Shown: positions 51,756 through 62,346 of the stretch, one piece after another
How the letters are laid out: the number at the start of each line of letters is the position of its first letter
Position numbering within the stretch: position 1 is the first letter of the stretch
Assembly (NCBI GenBank): GCA_964437345.1
Contig: CAYTGQ010000001.1
Coordinates: 220 to 64,219, forward strand
Direction: 5' to 3'
DNA from: an uncultured Lachnoclostridium sp.
GTDB taxonomy: Bacteria > Bacillota > Clostridia > Lachnospirales > Lachnospiraceae
DNA length: 64,000 nt
Notes under the pieces: model-generated
What the model saw: only the letters and a program-made list of their open reading frames with translations
What the model was told of the DNA's origin: nothing
Database searches by the model: none
Position numbers and translations under genes: made by a program

Positions 51756-54700
51756 ATGTTGTTTTTTGAAGTTTTTGATAACCTGTCTGTAGGGGCAGAT
51801 TTGACAAAGCTATTTGAAGAAGTAGAAGTAGAGCGAGTAGTGGCTTCCAGAAGCCATTCCCGCATTAAAATATACACAAAGAGCAGGCATTTGATTACAT
51901 ATCGTAATTTGAGGACGATGGAATATCAGATGAAAAAGCAATTATTTTCTGATATTCCAACAGAAGTCTGTTTTATACCAAGGTATGAGTTATCCGCCAG
52001 TTATACGCCGGAGAAGCTGATGCCTGTTTATTTTGACAGCATTTTAGACGAATTTCGTGAGGAAAGTGTCTTGGATGCTGCCATTTTAAAAAATGCAAAA
52101 TTTAATTTTGACGGGGATAAGCTGGAGATTGCTCTTGAAGACAACTTTGTTATCAAGGAAAGGTGTGTGCATTTAAGGGATAAACTGACTTCAATTTTTA
52201 ATGAACGCTGTGGGTTTTCTGTTCAGATTGGATTTACTTATTATGAAGTAAAGAGAGAGAAAGAGGAAGAACCTGTTTTTGTTATGCCTGTAAAAGCTCA
52301 AAATAGCAGAGCAGAAGAAAAAGAGGGGAAAACACCTGATGTAGAAGCAGACTTAAAAGCCGGAAATAAGAAGACAGAAGAGAAAAAGACAGAAAAAGCC
52401 ACTTCTGATATGGGAAAAAGCTTTAATAAAACATTCGAAAAAGGTAAAAGAAGCTTTAAAAAGCTTCCGGATGATCCGGATATTTTCTATGGAAGACCAT
52501 TTGAAGGAGAAGTTATTCCAATTTCAGACATTCAGGATGAAATTGGAGAGGTTGTGATTCATGGAAAGGTTCTTTCTGTAGAATCAAGAGAACTTCGTAA
52601 TGAAAAAACTATTGTTACATTTAATGTTACAGATTTTTCGGATACTATTGCGGGTAAGCTTTTTCTTCGAAATGATCAGGTAGAAGAACTTTTAGGCGTA
52701 TTAAAAAAAGGCAGTTATATAAAAGTAAAGGGTATGGCATTAATGGATCATTATGACAAGGAAATAGGTATTAGTTCCATTGTCGGCATGAAGACGATAC
52801 CTGACTTTACAGTACCAAGAAAAGATAATAGTACCAAGAAAAGGGTTGAACTCCATGCACATACTTTAATGAGTGATATGGATGCAGTAGTAGATCCTAA
52901 GACACTGATAAAACGTGCCAAATCATGGGGAATGACATCAATTGCTATCACTGACCACGGTGTAGTACAGGCATTCCCGGATGCCAGCCATGCTTTGGAT
53001 AAGGGTGATGATTTTAAAATTATCTTTGGCTGTGAAATTTATTTAGTTGATGATTTGAAAAATATCGTAGAGAATTCCAAAGGTCAGAGCCTTTGTGAGC
53101 CATGCGTTGTGTTTGATATTGAAACAACTGGTTTTGGACCGGTTAATGATAAAATTATTGAAATTGGAGCAGTAAAAGTAATAGATGGTAAGATTACAGA
53201 CCGCTACAGTACCTTTGTTAATCCAGAAATACCAATTCCATTTGAAATTGAAAAGCTGACAGGCATTAATGATGAAATGGTACTGCCGGCTCCAACAATA
53301 GACATAGTTCTTCCGGAGTTTTTAGAATTTTGTAAGGGCTGTATTTTGGTTGCCCATAATGCATCTTTTGATGTGGGATTTATTACAAAAAAGGCGGAAT
53401 TTTTAAATATTCCAGTGGATTTTACAGTAGTGGATACAGTCGGAATGGCAAGAGCACTGTTGCCGGAGCTTGGAAAATATAAGCTGAACATTGTTGCTAA
53501 AGAACTGGGTATTTCTTTGGAAAATCACCATCGTGCTGTAGATGATGCAGGAGCAACTGCAGGGATTTTTGTGAAATTTATCGAAATGCTGGCAGCACAG
53601 GAGGTCACAACGTTAGAGCAGCTTAATGAAATGAGTAAGGCTTCGGAAGAAGTAATTAAAAAAATGCCAACTTATCATGCAGTAGTTCTGGCAAAGAATG
53701 ACTTAGGAAGAAAGAATTTATATAAATTAGTTTCACTTTCACATATTGATTATTATGCGAGAAGACCTAGAATTCCAAAGAGTGTTTTTGAGGAGAATAG
53801 AGAAGGTCTGATTATTGGCTCTGCCTGTGAGGCGGGAGAACTCTATCAGGCGATTTTACGCCAGCAGCCACAGGAAGAAATTGTTCGATTAGTGAATTTT
53901 TATGATTATCTGGAAATTCAACCTCTTGGTAATAATGCTTTCATGGTAAGAGATGAAAAATATGGAGATATTAATAGTGATGAGGATTTAATTGCTATTA
54001 ATAAGAAGATTGTAGCGCTGGGAGAGGAATTTAATAAGCCGGTAGTTGCAACCTGTGACGTACATTTTTTAGATCCGGAGGATGAGGTTTACAGACGTAT
54101 TATTATGGCTGGAAAAGGATTTAAAGATGCTGACCAGCAGGCACCATTGTATCTTCGTACGACAGAAGAAATGTTGGCAGAGTTTGCTTACCTTGGAGCG
54201 GAAAAAGCAGAAGAGGTTGTTATTACCAATACCAATTTGATTGCTGATTGCATTGAAAAAATTGCACCGGTAAGACCGGATAAATGTCCTCCGGTGATTC
54301 CAAATTCTGATGAGGATTTAAGAAAAATTTGTTATGATAAGGCACATTCCATGTATGGAGATCCTTTACCGGAAATTGTAGAAGCGCGTTTGGAAAAGGA
54401 ATTAAAATCTATTATCAGTAATGGATTTGCTGTAATGTATATTATTGCACAGAAGCTGGTATGGAAATCCAATGAAGATGGATATTTAGTAGGTTCACGA
54501 GGTTCTGTTGGTTCCTCCTTTGTAGCAACCATGTCTGGTATTACGGAGGTAAATCCCCTTCCGGCACATTATTATTGCCTGAATCCGGAGTGTAAATATT
54601 CGGATTTTGATTCAGAGGAAGTAAAGGCTTATGCAGGGCGTTCCGGATGTGATATGCCTGATAAGCTTTGTCCGAAGTGTGGAAAGCCATTGGCAAAAGA

Positions 54701-56186
54701 CGGGCATGAAATTCCATTTGAGACCTTCCTTGGTTTCTATGGAGATAAGGAGCCGGATATTGACCTTAACTTCTCTGGGGAGTATCAGTGTCATGCCCAT
54801 GATTATACTGAAGTTATCTTTGGAAAGGGTCAGACATATCGTGCCGGAACCATTGGTACATTGGCAGAAAAGACTGCTTTTGGATATGTTTTGAAATATA
54901 ACGAAGAACGTGGTATTCGTAAAAGAAAATCGGAAATTGCCCGTATTGCAGAGGGCTGTGTTGGTGTAAGACGTACTACGGGACAGCACCCTGGTGGAAT
55001 TATCGTATTACCATTAGGAGAGGAAATCTATTCTTTTACTCCGGTACAAAGACCGGCTAATGATATGACAACAAAAACAATTACAACACATTTTGACTAT
55101 CACTCCATTGACCATAACTTATTAAAACTTGATATACTTGGACACGATGATCCGACCATGATTCGTATGCTGGAGGATTTGACAGGGGTAGATGCCAAAG
55201 GAATTCCTTTTGATGACCAGAAGGTATTGTCTCTCTTTGATAATGCCAGTGCATTAAATATTCCAGAGGGAAGCTTGCCGGAGCTTGATTTGGGAAGTCT
55301 TGGAATTCCTGAATTTGGTACTGATTTCGTAATGCAGATGTTACGAGATACCAAACCAAAGAATTTATCTGATTTAGGACGTATTTCCGGTTTATCCCAT
55401 GGTACGGATGTATGGTTAAACAATGCCCAGTATTTCATTGCCAATGGAGATTGTACACTTTCTACAGCTATCTGTACCCGTGACGATATTATGACATTTT
55501 TGATTCATAATGGAGTAGAAAATGGTCTTGCATTCAAGATTATGGAAAGTGTACGTAAAGGAAAGGGACTGACACCGGACATGGAAAATGCCATGTTAGA
55601 TGCAGGTATTCCGGAATGGTATATTGAATCCTGTAAGCGAATCAAATACATGTTCCCTAAAGCCCATGCTATTGCGTATGTTATGATGGCACTCCGTATT
55701 GCATGGTTTAAGGTGTATTATCCATTAGCCTATTATGCAGCATTCTTTAGTATCCGTGCCTCTGCATTTAACTATGAGTTAATGTGTCAGGGAAGAGAGC
55801 GTCTGGAGCATCACATGGCGGACTATAAGCGAAGAGAAAATGAACTGAGCAAAAAGGAACAGGATACTTATAAGGATATGCGTATTGTTCAGGAGATGTA
55901 TGCAAGAGGCTATGAATTCATGCCAATTGACATTTATCGGGCAAAAGCAAGAGATTTCCAGATTATTGATGGAAAACTGATGCCATCCTTTAGTAGTATT
56001 GACGGTATGGGTGACAAGGCGGCAGAAGGTGTCGTAGAAGCCGCAGCTCAGGGAACATTTTTATCACGAGATGACTTTAAACAACGTTCTAAAGTCAGTG
56101 GTACTGTGGTAGAAGCTATGGCTGAGATGGGACTGCTTGGTGATTTGCCAGAGTCCAACCAGATGTCAATTTTAGACTTTTTGTAA
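51756..56186 (+). CDS. polC: DNA polymerase III PolC-type alpha subunit (with intrinsic 3'-5' exonuclease)
   Basis: 1476 aa. PHP region (ELHAHTLMSDMD), DEDD exonuclease (VVFDIETTGF...AHNASFDVGF...HRAVDDA), zinc module (CLNPECKYSD...CPKCGKPL), and polymerase core (HPGGIIV, LKLDILGHDDP). Confidence 0.97.
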   Translation: MLFFEVFDNLSVGADLTKLFEEVEVERVVASRSHSRIKIYTKSRHLITYRNLRTMEYQMKKQLFSDIPTEVCFIPRYELSASYTPEKLMPVYFDSILDEFREESVLDAAILKNAKFNFDGDKLEIALEDNFVIKERCVHLRDKLTSIFNERCGFSVQIGFTYYEVKREKEEEPVFVMPVKAQNSRAEEKEGKTPDVEADLKAGNKKTEEKKTEKATSDMGKSFNKTFEKGKRSFKKLPDDPDIFYGRPFEGEVIPISDIQDEIGEVVIHGKVLSVESRELRNEKTIVTFNVTDFSDTIAGKLFLRNDQVEELLGVLKKGSYIKVKGMALMDHYDKEIGISSIVGMKTIPDFTVPRKDNSTKKRVELHAHTLMSDMDAVVDPKTLIKRAKSWGMTSIAITDHGVVQAFPDASHALDKGDDFKIIFGCEIYLVDDLKNIVENSKGQSLCEPCVVFDIETTGFGPVNDKIIEIGAVKVIDGKITDRYSTFVNPEIPIPFEIEKLTGINDEMVLPAPTIDIVLPEFLEFCKGCILVAHNASFDVGFITKKAEFLNIPVDFTVVDTVGMARALLPELGKYKLNIVAKELGISLENHHRAVDDAGATAGIFVKFIEMLAAQEVTTLEQLNEMSKASEEVIKKMPTYHAVVLAKNDLGRKNLYKLVSLSHIDYYARRPRIPKSVFEENREGLIIGSACEAGELYQAILRQQPQEEIVRLVNFYDYLEIQPLGNNAFMVRDEKYGDINSDEDLIAINKKIVALGEEFNKPVVATCDVHFLDPEDEVYRRIIMAGKGFKDADQQAPLYLRTTEEMLAEFAYLGAEKAEEVVITNTNLIADCIEKIAPVRPDKCPPVIPNSDEDLRKICYDKAHSMYGDPLPEIVEARLEKELKSIISNGFAVMYIIAQKLVWKSNEDGYLVGSRGSVGSSFVATMSGITEVNPLPAHYYCLNPECKYSDFDSEEVKAYAGRSGCDMPDKLCPKCGKPLAKDGHEIPFETFLGFYGDKEPDIDLNFSGEYQCHAHDYTEVIFGKGQTYRAGTIGTLAEKTAFGYVLKYNEERGIRKRKSEIARIAEGCVGVRRTTGQHPGGIIVLPLGEEIYSFTPVQRPANDMTTKTITTHFDYHSIDHNLLKLDILGHDDPTMIRMLEDLTGVDAKGIPFDDQKVLSLFDNASALNIPEGSLPELDLGSLGIPEFGTDFVMQMLRDTKPKNLSDLGRISGLSHGTDVWLNNAQYFIANGDCTLSTAICTRDDIMTFLIHNGVENGLAFKIMESVRKGKGLTPDMENAMLDAGIPEWYIESCKRIKYMFPKAHAIAYVMMALRIAWFKVYYPLAYYAAFFSIRASAFNYELMCQGRERLEHHMADYKRRENELSKKEQDTYKDMRIVQEMYARGYEFMPIDIYRAKARDFQIIDGKLMPSFSSIDGMGDKAAEGVVEAAAQGTFLSRDDFKQRSKVSGTVVEAMAEMGLLGDLPESNQMSILDFL

Positions 56187-56248
56187 AAGTTTAGGCACAG
56201 ACACGAGCTTAGGGCTGAACTGTTACATTGATAAATAAGGAGATTAGC

Positions 56249-57415
56249 ATGAATGATTTAGAGCAGTATATTAATCTTATGATAACTGCAGGAGTAGTAA
56301 AAATCATAATCAGCAAGCCGGCAGTTAAGACAGATGAATATAAAAAGGTTGTTGTGGAAAGAAAAGAAAATGGCTTTCAGCTTGTAAAATACACAGAAAA
56401 ACAGGCTTTTCATGAGAATCTTTTGACGGAAGAATTAAGTAAACGATGTGTAGAAATTATAGATGGTCATTTCAGGCAGATTAATGGCATGTCAGAAAAT
56501 GAAGAGCATATTATTTTAATTTCTAAAAAGGGAGTCTGCAATTACAAAGTAAAAAAGACTGCAAAGGATGCGGTTAAATTAAATGCTGGTGAGGGCAGTC
56601 ATAACAGGAAGAAAAATTATATCCTTGAGGAGGGAATGAAGATTGCTCCTTTGGTGGATATGGGTGTATTTACCAGAGATGGTAAGGTTGTCAGCTCCAT
56701 GTATGATAAATATAAGCAGATTAACCGTTTTATTGAAATTCTGAATGATGAGATTGCAGGCTTAAAAGTTAAAAAATTGAACGTTATTGATTTTGGCTGT
56801 GGCAAGTCTTACCTGACCTTTGTGGTATATTATTATCTGACGGAAATCATGAATATGGAAGTTAATATGATAGGACTTGATTTAAAGGCAGATGTAATCA
56901 AAAAATGTAATGAAGCCGCCAAGAAATATAATTATACTGGTTTGAAGTTTGAATTAGGTGATATCAATGGATTTGATGCACCTTTTGATGTGGATATGGT
57001 AATTACACTCCATGCTTGTGACACGGCGACAGATTATGCCTTATATAATGCAATTAAGTGGAAATCACGTATGATTTTTTCAGTGCCTTGTTGTCAGCAT
57101 GAATTAAATAAGCAGATTAAACCAGAGAATATATCCATTTTGTCGAGGTATGGAATTATTAAAGAACGTTTTTCTGCATTAGCAACAGACGCAATCAGAG
57201 GAAATCTGCTCGAATATTGTGGATATAAAACTCAACTTTTGGAGTTTATTGATTTTGACCACACACCAAAGAATATCTTAATAAGAGCAGTATATCGCCC
57301 GGTTACACCGAAGAGTGTGAGAACGAAAGCTTTGGAAGAAGTGGAAGCGATTAGGAATGAGTTTGGATTTGAACCTTGTCTGTACCAGTTGCTGGAGATA
57401 GATAAGGGAAAATAA
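56249..57415 (+). CDS. Class I SAM-dependent methyltransferase with an uncharacterised N-terminal domain
   Basis: Motif I VIDFGCGKSYLT, followed by LHACDTATD and VPCCQHE. Substrate unknown. ATG 56249 lies after AAGGAG. Confidence 0.75.
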   Translation: MNDLEQYINLMITAGVVKIIISKPAVKTDEYKKVVVERKENGFQLVKYTEKQAFHENLLTEELSKRCVEIIDGHFRQINGMSENEEHIILISKKGVCNYKVKKTAKDAVKLNAGEGSHNRKKNYILEEGMKIAPLVDMGVFTRDGKVVSSMYDKYKQINRFIEILNDEIAGLKVKKLNVIDFGCGKSYLTFVVYYYLTEIMNMEVNMIGLDLKADVIKKCNEAAKKYNYTGLKFELGDINGFDAPFDVDMVITLHACDTATDYALYNAIKWKSRMIFSVPCCQHELNKQIKPENISILSRYGIIKERFSALATDAIRGNLLEYCGYKTQLLEFIDFDHTPKNILIRAVYRPVTPKSVRTKALEEVEAIRNEFGFEPCLYQLLEIDKGK

Positions 57416-57472
57416 TATTATTAAGGGAATAATCTGGTAAGTGTTTGGAATATTGGAAAGGAAGAATAGAAG

Positions 57473-58825
57473 ATGGGGAATATAATTGATTATTTAAGAA
57501 GTTACGGACAGTATACCTTTGAAGAAAAAGAATTTAATGAAGTGGATAATCTGATATTATCTCAGTTTGCTTATCTGAAGTTTGACGGGTTAGTGCCAGC
57601 TCCTTTTGAAAAAAGGAATGGCGTAAAGCTTCTGGATATTTTAGTGCATCCTGAGCGTAACAGAATGTTTGCAGATGAGCGTTATGAAAAGGTAAACCGC
57701 GGATTATTTGAAGCGCTGGTATTTAGTAAGCGTTATCAGAATATGCGTCTGAATCATTATGCCATTGAAACAGATATGGAAACAGAAAGCCAGTTTTGTG
57801 CCATAACCTTTTATCTGGATAATAATCTGACTTTTGTGGCATACAGAGGAACTGACGAAACATTAGTCGGCTGGAAAGAGGACTTTAATATGACTTTTTT
57901 ATGCCCTGTGCCATCCCAGAAATATGCAGTGGAATATCTTAATGCCATTGGCAGCAAGATAAAAACGCCGTTTATTGTAGGTGGTCACTCTAAGGGAGGT
58001 AATCTGGCTGTTTATGCATCTTTAAAATGTGAAAATGCAGTAAAACAGAAGATTAAAGTTATTTACAATAATGATGGACCTGGCTTTAGGAGAGAAGTTT
58101 TTGAAGATGGTGAATACGAGAAGCTTTCAGAGAGAATTATCAAAACTGTACCGCAGGCTTCTTTCTTTGGAATGCTTCTACAGGATGAAAAGGAAGTTCA
58201 GGTTATCAAAAGCTCTGGTATTGGCGGCATTGGGCAGCACGACCCTTACACATGGGAAGTGGAGGATGGAGCCTTTATACAGGTAGAAGGCGGTATATAT
58301 AAGGGTCAGCAAAGGGTGAATACTAGTCTGAATGAATGGTTTTCACATTTGAATGAAGAAGAACTTAGAACTTTTGTGGATACATTTTTTGAGGTTGTCT
58401 GGGCTACAGAAGCAGAAACTCTCATAGATTTGACAGAGAATTGGGAAGAGAATCTTGGAAAAATCAGAATTGCCATTAAAGATGTAGACGGTGAAACCAG
58501 AAGAATGATTTTGGAAATCATTGGAATTCTGGTTACAGGAAAACGTCTTCCAAAGCTGGAACGAAAGAAACCGGATAATTTCCTGAAAAAGAACGATGGG
58601 AAAGAGATAGAATCAGAAATAGAAGAAGATGTTGATGTAGCAGAATTAGAAACGGAAGATTCCGAAAAGCTTAATATATCAGAAACCATAAGAGAATTAC
58701 TGGAAGTGGAGTATTTAGATGATATAAAAGAAGTAGCTAAAAAATCAAAAGCCTATGACCGAATTAGGAATTCAAAAGTAGTGAAAAAAGGAATGACAGC
58801 GGTTAAGGTAAAAAAAGGAAAATAG
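57473..58825 (+). CDS. DUF2974 (Mbeg1-like) alpha/beta-hydrolase-fold protein with a charged C-terminal tail
   Basis: NIIDYLRSYGQYTFEEKEFNEVDNLILSQFAYLKFDG N-terminus, AYRGTDETLVGWKEDF, and nucleophile elbow VGGHSKGGNLA. Family name is from memory. Confidence 0.7.
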   Translation: MGNIIDYLRSYGQYTFEEKEFNEVDNLILSQFAYLKFDGLVPAPFEKRNGVKLLDILVHPERNRMFADERYEKVNRGLFEALVFSKRYQNMRLNHYAIETDMETESQFCAITFYLDNNLTFVAYRGTDETLVGWKEDFNMTFLCPVPSQKYAVEYLNAIGSKIKTPFIVGGHSKGGNLAVYASLKCENAVKQKIKVIYNNDGPGFRREVFEDGEYEKLSERIIKTVPQASFFGMLLQDEKEVQVIKSSGIGGIGQHDPYTWEVEDGAFIQVEGGIYKGQQRVNTSLNEWFSHLNEEELRTFVDTFFEVVWATEAETLIDLTENWEENLGKIRIAIKDVDGETRRMILEIIGILVTGKRLPKLERKKPDNFLKKNDGKEIESEIEEDVDVAELETEDSEKLNISETIRELLEVEYLDDIKEVAKKSKAYDRIRNSKVVKKGMTAVKVKKGK

Positions 58826-58926
58826 TGTAAAAAAGGCAAAGAATATGCTAAAATAAAGTATCAAAGACGTTTTTTGTTAAAGAAAATAAAAGAAAGATAA
58901 ATGTAATGGGGAAGGGAGATTAGTGT

Positions 58927-60297
58927 ATGGAAAGACCTCAACATAAAGAAAAAGAGCTATGCTATTTCTGTTTGGGTTCAGCTGCATTACTTTTTATAGC
59001 CGCATTTCTTTTTGACAGTCCAAAAGAAATTTTGGAAGGGATGATTGCTATTGTGAGTTCCAGAGATGCATTAATAACAGATTATTTTGAAGTAGCAGGA
59101 TATGGGGCAGCATTTTTTAATGCGGGGCTTATGCTTATATTTGCAATGGGATTGGTGAAAATTACAAACCTCCCATATTCAGGTGTGACACTGGCGGCGA
59201 TATTTTTAAATACAGGATTTGCATTTTGGGGTAAGAATCCGATTAACGTTCTTCCGATTATTTTTGGTACATGGTGTTATGCAAGGCTTCATAAAATGCA
59301 CTTTGCAAGAGTTGTATATACGGCAATATTTGCAACCTGTCTGGCACCACTTGTTAGTGAACTTGTGCATATATTGCCATTTTCAAATTTGGGTAACCTG
59401 ATAGTTGCAATATCCATAGGAATAATAGTTGGATTTCTTATACCACCATTGGCGATGCATACAGCATCTATGCATATGGGTTATAACTTGTTTAACGTGG
59501 GATTTGCCGGCGGTACACTGGCATTTATCATATATAGTGCATTAAAGTCTATGGGAATTGAAAGTGAAGCCGTATTTTTGTGGAAAACAGGGAAAAATTG
59601 GGGAATTGTGATTGGAATGTTTCTGTATTTTGTAATCACATTCTTAATCGGGTTCTGGCTGGCTGACGGAAATATGCAGGGGTTACATAAAATTGTACGT
59701 CATCCGGGACGTGCGGTTGCTGACTTTGTTATGATGGACGGAGCTGGAACAACTCTTATGAATATGGGAATTATGGGAATCGTGGCAGAGGTCTATGTTC
59801 TGCTTGTAGGCGTGGATATATCAGGTCCGGTTCTGGGAAGTATTTTGGCTGTATTTGCGTTTGCAGCATTTGGTGCCCATGTAAGAAATTATATTCCAGT
59901 GCTGATAGGTGTGTATTTATCAACCTTCTTTTCTGTATATGAACCAGATTCACCGAGTATAATAATTGCAGCATTGTTTGTAGTTGGTATTGCACCAATT
60001 GCAGGTGAGTTTGGTGTGCTGGCAGGTGTGTTATCAGGTATGGTACATGCGGCTGTAGTAACCTGTACATCTCAGTTGTATGGAGGCTTAAATCTATATA
60101 ACAACGGATTTGCGGCAGGTTTTGTTGCAATTGTCATGGTTCCGTTAATTGAGAGCGGTATGAGACGGTTTGAGATACGCAGGCATGAAAGACAGAAAAA
60201 GATTGATTTAAAAAAGGCGATACAATTGGAAAAACTTATACCTTCCGGAAAGAAGCCTGAATTAGAAAATGAAACAGAAACAGAATTAGAAAAATAG
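58927..60297 (+). CDS. Polytopic (~11-12 TM) membrane protein, possibly DUF1576 family, function unknown
   Basis: Continuous series of hydrophobic helices and a basic/acidic C-terminal tail. The family assignment is recollection only. Good RBS GGGAAGGGAG. Confidence 0.6.
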   Translation: MERPQHKEKELCYFCLGSAALLFIAAFLFDSPKEILEGMIAIVSSRDALITDYFEVAGYGAAFFNAGLMLIFAMGLVKITNLPYSGVTLAAIFLNTGFAFWGKNPINVLPIIFGTWCYARLHKMHFARVVYTAIFATCLAPLVSELVHILPFSNLGNLIVAISIGIIVGFLIPPLAMHTASMHMGYNLFNVGFAGGTLAFIIYSALKSMGIESEAVFLWKTGKNWGIVIGMFLYFVITFLIGFWLADGNMQGLHKIVRHPGRAVADFVMMDGAGTTLMNMGIMGIVAEVYVLLVGVDISGPVLGSILAVFAFAAFGAHVRNYIPVLIGVYLSTFFSVYEPDSPSIIIAALFVVGIAPIAGEFGVLAGVLSGMVHAAVVTCTSQLYGGLNLYNNGFAAGFVAIVMVPLIESGMRRFEIRRHERQKKIDLKKAIQLEKLIPSGKKPELENETETELEK

Positions 60298-60317
60298 AAT
60301 GGGTCAGGAGTTTAGTT

Positions 60318-60674
60318 ATGGTACATGAAGAAAAGAAAATTGGAAAAATTGTAGAAGAGCTGACAATGTATTTTTTTGCATTAGGTGCAAAAAATATGGA
60401 GTCTAAAATTGAAAGAAACGGCAATGAGGTTAAAATTACATTTCGCTCTGATTATAAGCCAGAGTATGAGCACAACATTTTAAAAGCGGAACAGTACTTG
60501 CTGGAACCAAAGAATGAGGGCATAGAGGATATGTACTGGGAGCTTGCAGGTTCCGGTGATCCGGGAGAGAGTAGTCAGCTTTTGTTAGTCGGTATGATGA
60601 TTGACCATCATGAAGTTAGAAAATATGAAAACGAAGTTGAGTTTGTTTTTTACAGGGAGTTATTTAAGTATTAA
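60318..60674 (+). CDS. Hypothetical 118-aa cytoplasmic protein
   Basis: Non-repetitive ORF with RBS CAGGAG 8 nt upstream and coding-like composition. No family recognised. Confidence 0.5.
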   Translation: MVHEEKKIGKIVEELTMYFFALGAKNMESKIERNGNEVKITFRSDYKPEYEHNILKAEQYLLEPKNEGIEDMYWELAGSGDPGESSQLLLVGMMIDHHEVRKYENEVEFVFYRELFKY

Positions 60675-60715
60675 AATTAACTATTTTAAATTTATTTATG
60701 TAAGGGGTTGATTGC

Positions 60716-62332
60716 ATGAAGCTTACATTTATAGGTGCAGCTCATGAAGTAACAGGTAGTTGTCATTATCTTGAGGCATGTGGAAAGCATATTTTAATTG
60801 ACTGTGGAATGGAGCAGGGACCGGATTTATATGAAAATCAGGAAATTCCGGTGGCTTCGGGAAACATTGATTATGTTTTACTGACTCATGCTCATATTGA
60901 CCATTCAGGTAACTTACCTCTTTTGGTAAAAAATGGTTTCAAAGGGGAAATTGTATGTACGTTTGGAACCTCTGATTTATGTAATATCATGCTTCGTGAT
61001 AGTGCACATATTCAGGAGTCAGAAGCAGAGTGGCGTAATCGAAAAGCACGCCGTTCAGGTGGACAACTGTATGAGCCATTATACACCTTGGAAGATGCAG
61101 AAGGGGCTATTTCCATGCTTTCCCCAATTGATTACCATCAGAAAATGCAGTTGTGTGATGGTATTGAAGTGCGATTTATAGATGTGGGACATTTGTTAGG
61201 ATCTGCAGCTATCGAAATCTGGATTACAGAGAATGATGTTACGAAAAAGATTGTATTTTCTGGTGATGTCGGTAACACAGAACAGCCTATTTTGAAAGAT
61301 CCAGAACAGGTTCTGGAAGCCGATTATGTTGTTATAGAATCTACATATGGAAATCGTACCCATTCAGACATAAAACCAGATTATGTGGAAGAACTGCTTC
61401 CAATTCTTAGAAGAACCTTTGAAAGAGGCGGAAATGTGGTGATTCCATCCTTTGCAGTTGGCCGTACACAGGAGATGTTATATTTTTTTAGAGAAATTAA
61501 GACTAGAAACCTGTTACCGGAATTTAGTGACTTTGAGGTGTATGTAGATAGTCCGCTGGCAAATGAGGCTACCAGTGTATTTCATAAGAATTATCAGTCC
61601 TGTTTTGATGAAGAAGCAATGGCACTGATAAAAGAAGGTATTAATCCGCTGATTTTTCATGGTCTTAAGACAAGTATTACAAGTAATGATTCCAAGATGA
61701 TTAACTTTGATACAAAGCCTAAGGTAATTCTGTCTGCTTCAGGAATGTGTGAAGCCGGACGTATCCGTCATCATTTAAAACATAATTTATGGAGACAGGA
61801 AAGCACAGTTTTGTTTGTTGGATATCAGGCAGTGGGAACTTTGGGACGTAAATTAGTAGAAGGTGCAGATACGGTGAAGCTTTTTGGAGAAAATATTGAG
61901 GTGAATGCAGAAATCTGTGTGCTTCCAGGTATTAGTGGACATGCTGATATGAATGGACTACTTGACTGGTTAGCCGGATTTACAAAGAAACCAGAACATG
62001 TATTTATTGTACATGGAGAAGATATGGTAACGGAAGATTTTGCAGCAACCATTACAGAACGATTTGACATCCCAACCTTTGCACCGTTTTCAGGTGGTTG
62101 TGTGGATTTGGCAACTGGCGAGATTCTAAGTCAGGGAATTAAGCAGCCAAAACGTGCTTTGGAAAAACCGGAGAAAGCAAGGGCAACGGCTGCATTCAAT
62201 CGTGTTGTTGCTGCAGCTAAACACTTAATGAAGGTGGTTCTTAAAAATGAAGGACTTGCAAATAAGGATTTAGCGAAGTTTGAGACACAGATTTTAAATC
62301 TGGCAGATAAGTGGGATAGAAACGATAAGTAA
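60716..62332 (+). CDS. MBL-fold beta-CASP family hydrolase (RNA-metabolising nuclease type)
   Basis: MKLTFIGAAHEVTGSC, HAHIDHSG (HxHxDH), ESTYGNR, and GHAD near the C-terminus, giving a CPSF/RNase J-like beta-CASP layout. Confidence 0.85.
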   Translation: MKLTFIGAAHEVTGSCHYLEACGKHILIDCGMEQGPDLYENQEIPVASGNIDYVLLTHAHIDHSGNLPLLVKNGFKGEIVCTFGTSDLCNIMLRDSAHIQESEAEWRNRKARRSGGQLYEPLYTLEDAEGAISMLSPIDYHQKMQLCDGIEVRFIDVGHLLGSAAIEIWITENDVTKKIVFSGDVGNTEQPILKDPEQVLEADYVVIESTYGNRTHSDIKPDYVEELLPILRRTFERGGNVVIPSFAVGRTQEMLYFFREIKTRNLLPEFSDFEVYVDSPLANEATSVFHKNYQSCFDEEAMALIKEGINPLIFHGLKTSITSNDSKMINFDTKPKVILSASGMCEAGRIRHHLKHNLWRQESTVLFVGYQAVGTLGRKLVEGADTVKLFGENIEVNAEICVLPGISGHADMNGLLDWLAGFTKKPEHVFIVHGEDMVTEDFAATITERFDIPTFAPFSGGCVDLATGEILSQGIKQPKRALEKPEKARATAAFNRVVAAAKHLMKVVLKNEGLANKDLAKFETQILNLADKWDRNDK

Positions 62333-62346
62333 GTGGAGTAGAAGTT

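Noticed and set aside
51353-51877. A 174-aa minus-strand ORF spanning the ispG-polC junction.
   Set aside because: It is antisense to two strongly supported genes, has low-complexity S/T/P-rich sequence, and no translation signals.
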